Assembly: GCF_009914755.1 (NCBI RefSeq) | Contig: NC_060927.1 | DNA length: 64,000 nt | Direction: 5' to 3' (one strand) | Source of the DNA: the human T2T-CHM13v2.0 reference genome, Homo sapiens | Shown: piece by piece, positions 28,490 to 41,689 of the stretch | Position numbering within the stretch: position 1 is the first letter of the stretch | Layout: the number at the start of each line of letters is the position of its first letter | The notes under the pieces: generated by a model | The model's database searches: none | The model's input: the letters and a program-made list of their open reading frames with translations, nothing else | Told to the model about the DNA's origin: nothing | Translations under genes and position numbers: made by a program

Positions 28490-28770
28490 TGTCTTAGGTC
28501 TGACTCCCCAGAAGCTGACTCTGAGACAAAGATTGCACCGTGCAAGTAGTTTTTTAATGAAATGCTCCTAGGAAAGACTAGTACACTTGAGGAGGAGCAG
28601 AACAGGGATAGGGAAAATGCCAATCAACAGAATGATTTCAGGCCCAGGCTGTGGAGAATGGCTTCAGCCTGATCCCACAAGGGCTGGAAACAAAAGTACA
28701 TCAAAGCCCGGAAAGGTGCACAGATATTGTAAACGGGATTGTGGGGGCCTGAGTAGATAACTGATGGTGT
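28490..28770 (-). mobile_element. ERVL-class LTR fragment (LTR16/LTR33 group, family uncertain)
   Basis: tgtcttaggtc.gactccccagaagc.gactctgagacaaagatt..gtgcaagtagttt terminus. Confidence 0.6.
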
Positions 28771-29524
28771 CAACTAAAGGCCCTTTAAGCAGACATGACA
28801 TAGCCACCGGGAATTTAAAGCTTGGTGATCAGTCTGATGTGAAATATAAGCCAATCCTAAATTTTAAATTGCCCTGTGCCTTCCCTTGTGCCAAACAATT
28901 TTTAAACTTTTCAATAAGTTTAATCCTATGTTTAGTTTATTCATAATGTTATTCATATCTGCTGGCCATGACCCATAAACCCATGACCTGGGATATAACT
29001 TCCCTTTATAATGAGCTGCTGAACCCATGATAATTATAAACACATTTTTAAAAACACATGGACATATACACACACCTATGTATTATATAGTCAATCAAGT
29101 AAAGTACAAAATTAAACTGCGCATTTGCTATCACAGGTAAAACCAATAGTTAATTAAATGCTCTTTTTTCTTTTTATAACCAGCATTAACGAGTTGTGAC
29201 ATTTTCCAGCCCAGGCTTAAAAAGATTATTGGTCTTAATAGAACTTAAACTGGGAAAAGGAACCTGTAAAACATGCTTACCAGTGCTCACATACATCAGG
29301 GAACTACTGACTTTTATCAGATATCCATCAGACCCCACCCAGTATTTCTCCCAGGGACAAGAATAAGTTTGGTTCTTTGTTGTTCAAGATCCTATAAATG
29401 CCTATAGTGGAGTCTTTTCACCTTTATTCAGTTCTTTACTTCAACCTCCAGGCGAGCCCTATTCACATATAGGTCTTCACTCTGGCACACCTGGGAGACA
29501 GAAACATATATAACTGCCATTCTC

Positions 29525-29712
29525 ATTATATATACTATTATATCCCATTATATATGTATGTTTTATATCCCATTATATACAACATATGCTTTATATATGT
29601 AGTATATGTACTATATATGTAATATGTATATGTAATATATAATTATATATGTTTATGTAATATATATGTATGTAATATATACATAGATATATGTATGTAA
29701 TATATACATAGT
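29525..29712. repeat. (TA)-rich degenerate microsatellite
   Basis: Includes ATATATGTATGTAATATATACATAG x2. Confidence 0.85.
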
Positions 29713-30689
29713 AGGAAAACAGTATACCTACTACGTGAGCAATGTTGAATACCAGACCATCTCTAGAAATTGGAATGGATTGATACTTAGTTTACTATTT
29801 TTTAATTTTTCTCTTCTATCCCAGGACTCCATGTTCAATGTGATCTAGCCAAGGGTAGCACTTACTATCATGGAATACATTGTTTTCAACAGAATCACAT
29901 TTTGTCCAAGTGATTTTTGAACAGCAGAAATAATGATAAAGCTCTCTTAGAGAAGCAAACTAAAACTGTTTTGAGACATACAACTTCTAGTCCAAGAAAG
30001 GCAAAGTAAAGTAAAGAAGATAGTCATGAAGGTCTAGAGTGATCTTTCATGAATACCAACTATATCATATGTCAGGCTCCAATCCTTCATTTCTATGTGG
30101 TTTTCTAAAACAAAAAAAGCACAATACCTAATGCTTACTTAAGTCTCTTTAATCTAGAAGCACAAGTATCAATGCAATTTCACAATGCAAAGGCATTTTT
30201 ATTTTTCAGGTGGTAAGAACCAGCAATTTAACAGCTTTGTCTGAAGCATAATGAACATTTAGTTGCTGAAATTCATAGAAACTCTTTGTGTTTTAACTAA
30301 AAGAAAAAGATGATACAGGAAAGAAAGTTATCCAAAGTTTGTCAGCCAACTCTGAATTTCAGTTTTCACAGCGGCAAGGAGGGAAGAGGATTAATTTGAG
30401 TCAGAAGCAATTAGTGCCAAGCACTTCAGTAATATTATAACACAAAAGGATAAATAAAATAACAAAGCCAAGATTAGAAAGTTACAAACCACACTATTCA
30501 GTTCACAGAGCTGAAGATACTTATAAGAGTGAGAACTTACTGTTCTTCAGAGATTCCGAGTCTCATTTTCAAATAGTCTACAAGCTGAATGATACAGGCA
30601 AGAGACATATTCTTTATCTGTCAAATATATTCTCATTTTTTGAGGTGATGTTATGAGGAAATGAAAGCCAAGGGGTGCAAGTAGTTTTA

Positions 30690-30948
30690 TTTATTTATTT
30701 TTTTAGAGACCGTCTCTTGCTCTCACCCAGGCTGGACTGCAGTGGACTCAAGCAATCCTCCTGCCTCAGCCTACTGGCCAGCTGAGACTACAGGCAACAT
30801 CATGCTTGACTTTTTTTTTTTTTTTTTGGTACAGTTGGGGGTCTTACTGTGTTGCCCAGGTTGGTCTCAAACTCCTGGCCACAAGTGATCCTCCTGCCCC
30901 AGCCTTCCAAAGTATTGGGATTACAGGCATGAACCAATGCGGCTGGCC
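30690..30948 (-). mobile_element. AluJ SINE, internally deleted
   Basis: TSD CAAGTAGTTTTA at 30678-30689 and 30950-30961. Confidence 0.88.
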
Positions 30949-31549
30949 ACAAGTAGTTTTAATTTCCCTTCATGCTACTGAGGATTTGGGTGACTGCCAT
31001 ACCTATGTTTTCTCTTCTCTGCATAGGTAAGAAATACTGTCAAAGTTAATGGTGGAGAGGAAAGGAGGTCTTCATGACATTCCTTGGCTTCTCCCTTCAC
31101 TTTCAGGCCTGAAAACAACTAATTCAGCCTAAGAATGCATCTGTCTGCTAATTCACTTTGAAGAAGTTGCAAGACAGAAAAGGTATTATAATGAAATTAT
31201 TTAAAAAGGTATTTATAATTAAATAGTATATTTTTAGATTCGAAAAAAATACTGACCACTGACTGGAAACCAAGGCATTTTATCTAAATAGGGTTTGTTT
31301 TAAAAATGAAGCTATGTTTTAATATAAGGTTTAATCAACCAATTATAATTTACAACCTAATTAATTAATTGCTTCATTTTCTTCCTTGGTGGGGACACTC
31401 ATAGGATTATTTTCAAGTAGTATTATCATGTGACTCGAAGATCTATAATTTATACCACATTGGTATTTATTAAATAGAATAAGCAATGTTCCCGCAACTA
31501 TTTTCAACGTATGTTAAAAACTGTTAATTCAAAAAAAAAAGAAAAATAA

Positions 31550-32200
31550 AAGAATGCACAAGAAAATGAGCCATGATCTCTACTTCCACAAAACTTGTAA
31601 ATATAATGAATGGACACCCAGTATTGGTAACATACAAATGAAATGGCATAGGAATTTATAAAGGAGAAAGAGAGAATGAGAGTGATTTTTGACTGGTGGA
31701 AAGAAGGAAGACTTAAATGGAAAACAGTTTTAAAGCTCAGACTTGAGAATTAGGTAGGACCATAAAAAAAATGGAAGGAGTGGTGTGAGGCACATACAAC
31801 AGGGCAATTACACGTGAAAATAGATGGAATGTAAAAGATATAGAGGCAAGAAAGCATTTTCAGCCAAATGGGGGTTTTGTGATTTATCTGGAACATTAAG
31901 TAGGAGTGGGTGATAAACATAAAAAGGTAGTTTTAAGATAAGCTCACCAAACATCTTGAGTATAATTTTGAATGGGTGGAAAATGGCATCATGGACAGTC
32001 TTTAGAAGGTGTGATCCAACCTTCATCTGGAAAGGCAGTTAAATAGGGAAGAATGAAAAAACACACACAGGGATCTCTTCTGTATGGCAAGGATCCAGGC
32101 AGCACTTAATGGGTGTAGAAAAGCAAAAGATGATCTGACAGGATGATTGAGATTACAAAGAAGAAGTATTAAATGGAATTAATATTTACTGATTTACAAT
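31550..32200 (-). mobile_element. Degenerate L2 fragment
   Basis: Purine-rich L2-like motifs (gacttgagaattaggtagga; atggcatcat; tttagaagg). Confidence 0.45.
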
Positions 32201-33654
32201 GCTACCTTAAAGGAAACTACTACTTTATAGAATACCTATAGCAAACACATTTCTAATAATTCATAAGCGGTTGAATCATTTATCATAGGAGATAACCATT
32301 AGAGTCTTAGAGAAACGCATCCTGCAAATAAATGCTGATGTTTTCATCATTTTCAAAGACGGTATCTATAAAGATATACTTAGCTTGATACATACATGGG
32401 TAAAATTATACACATATATCTCATTTCTGATTTATTTTCAGAGTTCTAGACTTAAAATAGTGTTTCAAAAAGGTAAGGATAAGCAGTAGATCATAGGTTA
32501 CATGCATGTAGCTTTTAGCCTAATGAGTGAAAAATCCACAATAATAATTTTAGAAAACATAGAAGCATTTTAAAACTTGTTCATTAAAAAAATTTAGGAA
32601 AAATTGCTGTCAAGCAGTACAAAACATATTCCCAACTGGAACATCATATGTGAGTAAACCATATTATTGGACTGTAATTGAATTTAATGACTGACAGTGA
32701 AGCAATATCTTTGTTCAAAACTGAAGAAAGTGAGCTTTCTGCCCAACAGACAAAAGGCTAGAGTCTCAAAAAATATCTGTCGACTTGGATACTGAGAGAA
32801 AAAAATGACTCAAGATTTCAAGCATAAATTTATGTCTGAAGTTATTTTTACTTTAAACCACAAATTAGGTACTGTGACTTAAATAATAAAGGAAATAAAT
32901 ATCTGAGGACTTGATATGGGAATGCTAATTTCTAACACAAAACACCCAATGAGTTTCACGACATATGTTCTCATGACCTCTCAGGTAATTACCAAAATTA
33001 ATCTTATTTACTCAATTTTTAAATGATTCCAGAGAAGTTCACCATTCCCTTATGATCAGAAAAATGTTACATTGGGATCATCTCCATGCCTGAGCTGAAT
33101 GGAACAACTAGGTGTCTTTAGGTCTCCCTGCCATGTTTGAAACTGCTTCCGATGTTGCAATTATAAAAATGGCTGAAGAGATTTCCACTAAAACAGTAGT
33201 GACTTCCAAATAAACTTCAAATCACCTATTTTTAAATGTGAATCTGGTATCACCTATAAACTTTTCTACAGGAGGTTACCAAAATGCAAATGCCGTTTCT
33301 CATTGCAGACTAACTTTGTTACAGACTGACATCCAGTCCTCTCGGCAAACAGAGGGGAAGCCATTTGATCAATTTGGCTGAACTATTTTTTGTATATGTG
33401 AGGATAACAAAGTTGAAAAAGGATTCCAGAAAGATCTTTTGAGGGATAAATCAAAATCATAGTGTTTGTTTGGCAAATACCAAATACTGAACACATACTA
33501 CTGCATGAATGAATGAGGTGTGGTATAAAGAAATAAAAACATTAAACGTAAATAATTTCTATTTTATACTTTACTTTTAAAATAAAAATTTTTCCTAAGT
33601 TGCCAAAACACTTTTTCCAAAGTTTGCATAGGAGACAATTTCTCCAGGTGAATA

Positions 33655-33800
33655 GTAATAGCTACTATTATTGAAAATCTGCCATGAGCTAATCCTTTTG
33701 CTGACTATAATCGTGATCCATAGTATAAACATGGAGTTTGGTGTTATTCTTCCTGTTTAACAGATGAGGAAAATCATGCCTGGAGAGGTTATTTCCTTAA
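33655..33800 (-). mobile_element. MIR fragment
   Basis: acagatgaggaaaatc..ggagaggtta core. Confidence 0.6.
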
Positions 33801-33980
33801 AAGCACTAGGATATGTAGGATAAATAAGCTGATAAGAAGTTACTTTAGTTGAAAGAAAATAGAATAGTCTGAAGATTTAAAAATCTCCAAGAAGCCACTT
33901 GTATTTTGATAAATATATGTGACCCTTCCTTCCTCCCTCCCTACCTATGGAGACTGGACTGCACTGGCAGAGGACACTCC

Positions 33981-34527
33981 TGTTGTAGGCATGTGAACCA
34001 GAGCAAGTCCATCATCTTGAATATGAGCTGGGTAAAATGATGTTGAGACCTACTGGGCTGCATTCCCAGATGGTTAAGGCATTCTAAATCACAGGATGAG
34101 ACAGGTGGTCTGCTCGGGATACAGGTCATAAAGACCTTGCTGATAAAACAGACTGCAGTAAAGAAGCCGGCTAAAACGAAAACCAAGATGGCCACGAGAA
34201 TGACCTCTGGTTGTCCTCACTGCTACACTCCCACCAGTGCCATAACGGTTTACAAATGCCATGACAGTGTCAGGAATTTACCCTATATGGTCTAAATAGG
34301 GGAGGCATGAATAATCCAGCCCCTGTTTAGCATAATAAAGAAATAACCATAAAAATGGGCAACCAGCAGCCCTCAGGGCAGCTCTGTCTATGGAGTAGCC
34401 GTTCTTTCATTCCTCTACTTTCTTAATAAACTTGCTTTCACTTTATGAACTTGCCCTGAATTTTTTTGTTGCACGAGATCCAAGAACCCTCTCTTGGGGT
34501 CTGAATCAGGACCCCTTTGTTGTAATA
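33981..34527 (+). mobile_element. MER41A solo LTR (ERV1)
   Basis: gaaccagagca..ccatc; gagacctactgggctgcattcccaga; AATAAA at 34425; 4-bp TSD CTCC at 33977-33980 and 34528-34531. Confidence 0.9.
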
Positions 34528-34569
34528 CTCCCATTATTAGTGATAGTTTTATTGAACAGCATTGAAGAG

Positions 34570-35150
34570 ATGAGCAATTTGTGTTATAGCCACCAGAAAG
34601 GTTAAACGATGCCTCTCAATAACATCTGAAAACCCCAGAACAAGACCACACTCATTCATACTAGTCTTAATTAAAACAAGAAAAAAACAGCTTTTAGCCT
34701 TATCACTCCATATTGCTGATTCTGCCACTACTCATGCAGAACATCAAGTTGGCCTATTCATGATTTAGTCTTGAATGCAAATTTAAAGCTGATATCATAA
34801 GATATTTGAAGGAAGCTTTCAAAATACAAGACAGACCTAACAAAACAAAAAAACACACAGAGAGAGAGGAAATACAGAGGAAACGAGCAGTGCAGGTAAC
34901 AAAAAAATAAGATAACAGTGTATTCATAAAAATAGAAAAGGATGCTGATGAATATCCAAAAGAAAAAAAGCTCTGAGAAATTATAAATATGAGAGTATAT
35001 ACATAAAAATAGGTTTTAAAGATAAACTTGAGATTCTCAAATTTAAAAATAATAAGTCAAAGGGATGAATAGATTAAAAGATAATGAAATTAAAGATTAA
35101 TTCTAGAGAGCTGTCTTCTGATTAATGAAAATTCAAGAAAAAAAAAATCC
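34570..35150 (+). mobile_element. Old L1M 5'/ORF1-region fragment
   Basis: A-rich degenerate L1M-like motifs (aaagctctgagaaattataaatatga). Confidence 0.4.
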
Positions 35151-36119
35151 TGACAAAATTTGCATGGAAAGTTGTGGTAGAAGCCTATGGAACACTTACT
35201 ATTTTAATAATACTCCTAATGAATAATTCATAATAAAAATAATGTTCTTTTTTCAAGGAGGTTTTTATTTTTCACTATGCATGTGAATCACTTTAATAAC
35301 AATTAAAAATTATTTGAAACTTCACAATTTTAGAAAACAAGGTTGAATCCATATACTCCACTTGATGGGGCACCAAATTATTTAGAAAGTCATACCTGTG
35401 ACCAGTTCCTCAAAAGATTTCTTCCTTTATAAAGCAGATGTTAAACCATAGGCCAGGACAGATCTGAATTCTTCCTGCTGACTCATTTGCATGAATGAAG
35501 TAAAACGGTCAAAACTCCAGCTAATGAGGCCATTTGTGCAAATTCATTAGCATGAACACTTCCAATTGATTAGCACAAAGTGTTACAGGGAAACCTCAGG
35601 AGTAAAAAGTAACACAAGATTGTAGGCTGCTGTCCCAAGATGGAGAAAATCCCTGGGGATGAGGCACTGGAGCGTTAAGCATATGGCCTCCTTTGCTAAT
35701 AAAAGTCTAAAAAGAAACAGCTACCAGAGCAACTTCTTCACTTTTATAAGGTTGCTAGAAGTGAAATCATCTAAGGAAAGCAAATTTTAGTGCTAATTAT
35801 TTGTAAAATGTTACCATTATTTAATAAATGATCACCACACTTCTCTTGCTCACAAACACCCAAAGATGCCCTGCTCTGTGCCATGCAGGTAACTTTTTCG
35901 TTAGTGATAAAGACATCGTCACCCTTTGAGATGATTTTAGCAGTCCCGCCCCCTGGAAGCTTGAGCTGATCAGTTGATACCTTGGTGGTGAGGTGCTCCA
36001 ATTAATAGTACTCAGACTTCCCTACATGTCTCCAACTGGAGCACTTTCCCCAACATTGTCATCATCCAGTCATTTGGTCTTTACTCTCCATATTTTATGT
36101 TCAGAGAGAATAAAGCACG

Positions 36120-36472
36120 TGTATTAGTCCATTCTCCTACTGCTATGAAGAAATACCCGAGACTGGGTAATTTATAAAGAAAAAGGTGTAATTGACTTAC
36201 AGTTCCACATGGCTAGGGAGGCCTCACAATCATGGCTGAAGGTGAAGGGGGAGCAAAGGCAGGTCTTAATGGCTGCAGGCAAGAGAGCGTGTGCAGGGGA
36301 ATTCCCATTTATAAAACTATCAGCTCTCCTGGGACTTATTCACTACCAGGAGAACAGTATGGGGGAAACTGCCCCCATGATTCAATTATCTCCATGTGGC
36401 CCCACCCTTGACACCTGGGGATTATTATAATTCAAGGTGAGATTTGGGTGGGGACACAGCCAAACCATATCA
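36120..36472 (-). mobile_element. THE1 (B/C-like) MaLR solo LTR
   Basis: tgtattagtcc...gacacagccaaaccatatca; 5-bp TSD GCACG/GAACG. Confidence 0.92.
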
Positions 36473-36688
36473 GAACGTGACTATCTTTTCCATTGTTCTA
36501 CCCAAAGCTAGTTGTGGACAATCTAGCACATATTGGCCAGCGTGCAAATATTGATGAAAATAATAAATGAATGGGCACATAGAACTCTTATTTTACGGGA
36601 AATGCAGTGATGGAGACCCAAGTACTAGCGCAGGGTTAGTAGCAAAACCAAGAGTAGAATTTAGGTCTCCTGTTTCCCTGCATTTTCT

Positions 36689-37001
<313 letters not shown>

Positions 37002-37369
37002 TCCCTGCATTTTCTAAAGTACAAACAGAACTCGGCCCACATGCAGGAACCACTAAAATGAAATTATAAGCTACTTTAAAAACCTTCTCATCCACTAATC
37101 CTAAACCTCCAGATAAAAAGATCTGTTTACTGTTTAGACAAAACCCAGTCATACCCCCTCTTGCTTCTTTTATGCCTCTGTCCATATCAGGAAACTTCAC
37201 CTTTATAACTACCCCAAACTTACTATCATTCAGAGTCCAGCTTAAATTTCATCAAGTTTATTTACCAAAATAAAATGAAATTAAAATAATGAACACTGTA
37301 TATGTACCAAGCCATATAGGAGACAAGAAGACGCATAATAAATGGCCTCTCTTAAAGAGGTATGTGATT

Positions 37370-37930
37370 TAACTAGGCTATTAAAAGGTTGATTAATATC
37401 TAGTGTTGCTAAGAAGGTGAGGCAACAGCTCTCCTTATATAATGCTGGAAGATATGCACATTAGTGCGACAGTTCTGTTTTGTACTGGAGGAAGGGAATT
37501 TGGCAATGTCTTTGGAAGTTAAAAGTGTGTCCCTTCAGACCCAGCAATTCTGCTTCTGGTAACATCATATTCTCCTATCCTTAGGTACATTAATGATGCC
37601 TTAATAGTTTTTGTAAGAGTCCAAAACTGGTAAAAGAAGTATCCATCTATAGATATTGGTTACATAAGTTATGTTACATCTGTACAGTTTATATTTTATT
37701 TGTAAAAAAATAATGAGCTAGTTCTCTATAAGGTAATATATAATAACTTGAAACAAGTGACAACTGCAAAGTGCAGAACAATATGTCTAATATGATTACA
37801 TTTGTTTTAAAAATATACATTTGTATGCCCTTATATACATTAAAATTATGAAAGTATAACAAAAAAAGTACAAGTAGTAATCAATTTTAAATCTATGGAT
37901 ACTTAGCTAGTTGATGGAAAGGTGGTGGGA
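37370..37930 (+). mobile_element. L1ME 3' fragment
   Basis: gggaatttggcaat; cccttcagacccagcaattctgcttctgg. Confidence 0.65.
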
Positions 37931-37994
37931 GTGATGGGAGATTAAATGAGAGTGGTATTTTATTCTGTCCTTGTAAATAGGGTTTCAGTAGGCA

Positions 37995-38345
37995 GGGATG
38001 GTAGAAGGATTGTGGGCATAAGGTGGACTATGCTTCCCAGCACATGGTAGGGAGGCATAGCCACGCAATTAGTTCTAGCTAATGAAATAGGAGTAGAAGT
38101 AGCTTATCTCAACTCCAGGCTGAGGCAGTGAAAAGCCCCCATATAATTCAGTTCAATTATAGAGAAGGACTTGTGTTGAGTTGGTGAAACAAGAATGAAG
38201 CAAGCGAGATTGCCGAGTAACTGCAAGCAGAACTGCTGCTTTGGTAAGCCTCCTGAATCCTGAAGAGTGAAAAATACACTTTCACTACATAAAAACACTC
38301 AGATTTAAGGGTGTTTATTACTGTAGGCAAACGTAGCCTAATAAA
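37995..38345 (+). mobile_element. Old MLT1 (I/J/L-like) LTR
   Basis: ttagttctagctaatgaaat; actcagattt.agggtgtttattactg..tagcctaa. Confidence 0.5.
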
Positions 38346-38559
38346 GATAATATCAATAGAGGGAATAAGATTGTAGGGAAAGGTTTTAGATATGGAGACC
38401 TATGTTTTTAACAGAGAGTCTGCTCTGTGTGTAGAAGCAGAGATGGAGGAGATGCTTCAAAAGTGTCCTAGAGCTCAGAAACAAATGAAATTGACTGCCA
38501 ATGTGAAGAAAGACATTCGCTTTGTTTGGATTAACAAGGCGCTGAAAATTTTTGGTTTT

Positions 38560-38970
38560 TGGTTTTTAAGCTGGGAAGTGACATGATTGAAGTTTAGGAA
38601 TTTCTATTATGTAGGAAGATTAGTTTGGCAGTGCTATGCTAAGAGGAATACTTAGTTTTGGAAATGAAAGAGGAGTAATCAGCAAAGAACACAGAAAAGA
38701 GTAAGAGAAAAGTAAGAGTATTTTGTGTTCCAGAGGCCACAGACAAAGGCTGAAGAAGGAAAGGATGGTTCCCAATGTGAAATTTAAGGAGGTGAAATGA
38801 GGTGAGGCCTGAGAATAGCGGTTCTGGTGATGAGCAGATGAACTTAGAGAAGGTAATTAGTAGAATAAGGTGGAAGGAAACTAGGTTGTAAGAGTCTGAG
38901 TGAACAGTGAGTAGGTGGTAAGGAAATGGGGTCAGCTGCTATAGGAAACTCTCCAAAGAAATATGCAAGG
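38560..38970 (-). mobile_element. L2 fragment
   Basis: gggaagtgacatgatt; gtaggtggtaaggaaatggggtcagc. Confidence 0.5.
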
Positions 38971-39819
38971 GAAGAGAAGAGAAGGAGAGAAATGGGAACA
39001 GCTTGAGGACAATTTTTAAAAGTTAAGGAAAGGCTAGTTTTATGTTTATTTATTTGGCTGTTTGTTTATGTATGAAAGATAATGAAATATTTGTGGACAA
39101 AGAGGAGCCAGGTCAGGAGAACAGAACACTAGAGGATGGTGAAGAAAGTTGCCTTGGGCATACCTCTGACACTAGAGAGAGGCATGAGAATGAAAGATTC
39201 TGAAGTGTAGAAGGGAGAACTTAAATGGAAATTACACTTTGTCCTAACACTTCTTAGTAGAAGAAATGAAAGGCATGTATGGAGGATGAGTATTCATCGG
39301 AGTATAAAGGCTGCAAGAGGATCTAGAAATGAGATCATTGGAGGGGGGCTGTGTGGGACTTGGGGATATTTAATTTCTAGGAACAGACAGGGAGTTGGGA
39401 AGGAAGACACACAAGATATGTGAGCCCCACTGAAGGTAAAGATACCAAAAGAAAGGATTTGTATTGGACTCAGTATAAATGTTGAGCATCCCTCCTGAGT
39501 TAGGCACAGCAGCAGCTTGGGGACAGAGTGAAGAAATCAGAAAATAAGGGTAAGAAGAGTAAGACAGAATGTGAATCATACCGTGCCTATCGTTAAATTT
39601 TCTAAAATCCTGACCACACGCAGGACCTCGTGTAGGGAACTAAGTGTGTGCCTATTATAGGAGACAGGCCAAGCAACAGAAAGAATGGTAGAAAGACAGA
39701 GGTGGCATAAGCTAGTTAATGAAGCTTTTCCTAATCACACTAACTAAAAGGGATCTCTGCCTCTTCAGGAATCTTTCAGCATTTTTGTCTGACTGATTCC
39801 CATGGCATTTATGACTTCT

Positions 39820-39905
39820 TCATGCCTCAGTTTCCTTATCTGTAAAATGGAGATGACAATAGCAACCAACTGTAGGGTTAACATGAAGATTAGTTGTTAA
39901 ATATC
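39820..39905 (+). mobile_element. MIR core fragment
   Basis: tgcctcagtttccttatctgtaaaatggagatg. Confidence 0.75.
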
Positions 39906-40133
39906 TCATTTATTCATCACTACCATCTGGTGAGTGATCATTAGTTGTAAGGATATGGATGAGGACATTGAAAGATTCTTACCCTGATCTTTAATGATTT
40001 CTTAAAACATTTGAACATAAAATACTTCATAAAACAGCCCACCTCTAATCCACACTATCCATTTGATTAATCAAATGCAAAATAATCCATGAACACAGGA
40101 AAACCACGTAATGCACATCTTAAAACGTGCAGA

Positions 40134-40591
40134 CTGTGCTGGTATTCTCTGTTGGCCACCTCCTTCCACTCTGACTTTCTCTTGTGTCCTCTTTTACCTA
40201 GGGGACTCAGTCTATGGCTCTACCATCTGCATTCTTTCCACCTGACTTCTGCGGCACAAATAGGAGAACTGAGGGACTGAGATGAGAGAAGTCAGAGAAC
40301 ATATTCTCCAAACACTCAAACCTTTCTGAGAGTAGCTGCTTCTAAGATGATACTCAAGTCATGCAGCCTGTCCCACACAGCCCTTGCTTTTCTGGGCTCC
40401 AGCAACAGTACCTCTCACCCTTCTGCCTTCAGGACAATGGGTGGTAATGATGCCACCTCTGGGTGCCTTGACATGACATATTCATTCCTGTAGCCGTCCT
40501 CTCACCTCTGAGCATAACCCATTTATTAACTCTCCTCCACTAAATGCTTTGAGTAGATTTTCTTTTTCTTATTAGTGCCCTGACTGATCCA
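40134..40591 (+). mobile_element. LTR33-like ERVL solo LTR
   Basis: tgtgctggtattctc start; gagagaagtcagag; ccctgactgatcca end. Confidence 0.6.
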
Positions 40592-41689
40592 CAGAATGTA
40601 TATGAAATACTATACATTTGATGTACAAAATGGAACACCATTAATATATTTTAGATCCATAGGTGACTTTAGACTGCATTTGATATAGATGAAGAAACTG
40701 AGTCCTAAAAAAGTAAATTGTCTCTAAGCCTGCAAGACTAATAAGAAGAGAACAGAGAAAGGCCAGGTCTCCTAACTCCCAGAACAGATGACCTGTGCTC
40801 TGTCATGCAGTCTCCCACAAGGGGACCTGAACTGAAAAACAAAAGGTTTGGATTATAGGAAGCCATCTGCAAGACAGTGACTGTGGCTTCTATTAAATAA
40901 ATTCCACCATCAGACCTTTCCACCCCATTGTCAGAACAGCCCTGCCATCTCTCTCTGTGGAGGTAATTAGGATTTAACCTCCATGCTGGAGGCAGAAAGC
41001 TGCTAGCTTTCAAAAAGAGATGTTACTTAAGGGTCAAAACTATTTTCTTCTGATCAATTCTGCTGCAAATGGATGGAAGTTCTTACATCTGCTTCTTGTT
41101 TGGGGGCAGTGGGATATCCTATTCTCTCTCCCTCTCTTGTGTACTCACAGCAAATCATATATTATCAGGCAAGTTAAGGAATGCAGTCTCCTAATAACAA
41201 TTCCTCACTTCTGAGGCACTTACAGAGTAGAAAATTTATTTAACACTAATCATAATTAACTTTCTAAGTGTGTTCTGTTCTCAAAATTATTCTTAAAATT
41301 GATGGTGTGTACAGTAATCAATGGCATCTCAAATACAAATATATATAGATACACATACAAATATATATATAGAAAAACTAATACGATATTAATTTCATCT
41401 ATAATAAAAAATGATGGATCTTTATTGTTTAGTTGGGGAAAGTTTGCATTAATGACTTAACGTCATCCTCCAATAACTGTAAGTGGCATTTATTTTTATT
41501 GTCATTTAATGTATGATAAAACTGAATCATATTGAAATTAATAAAACCAGCCCAAGCTAGCACAGCTAGTAAATGCAGAAGTTCCAGTGTGAATCTAGAC
41601 CATTCTATATATAACAAGTGTATACTCTTTGTATTTTTCTACTGCTCTATCATTATCATTATCAAGTTTATCCACAGAGAATAATTATA

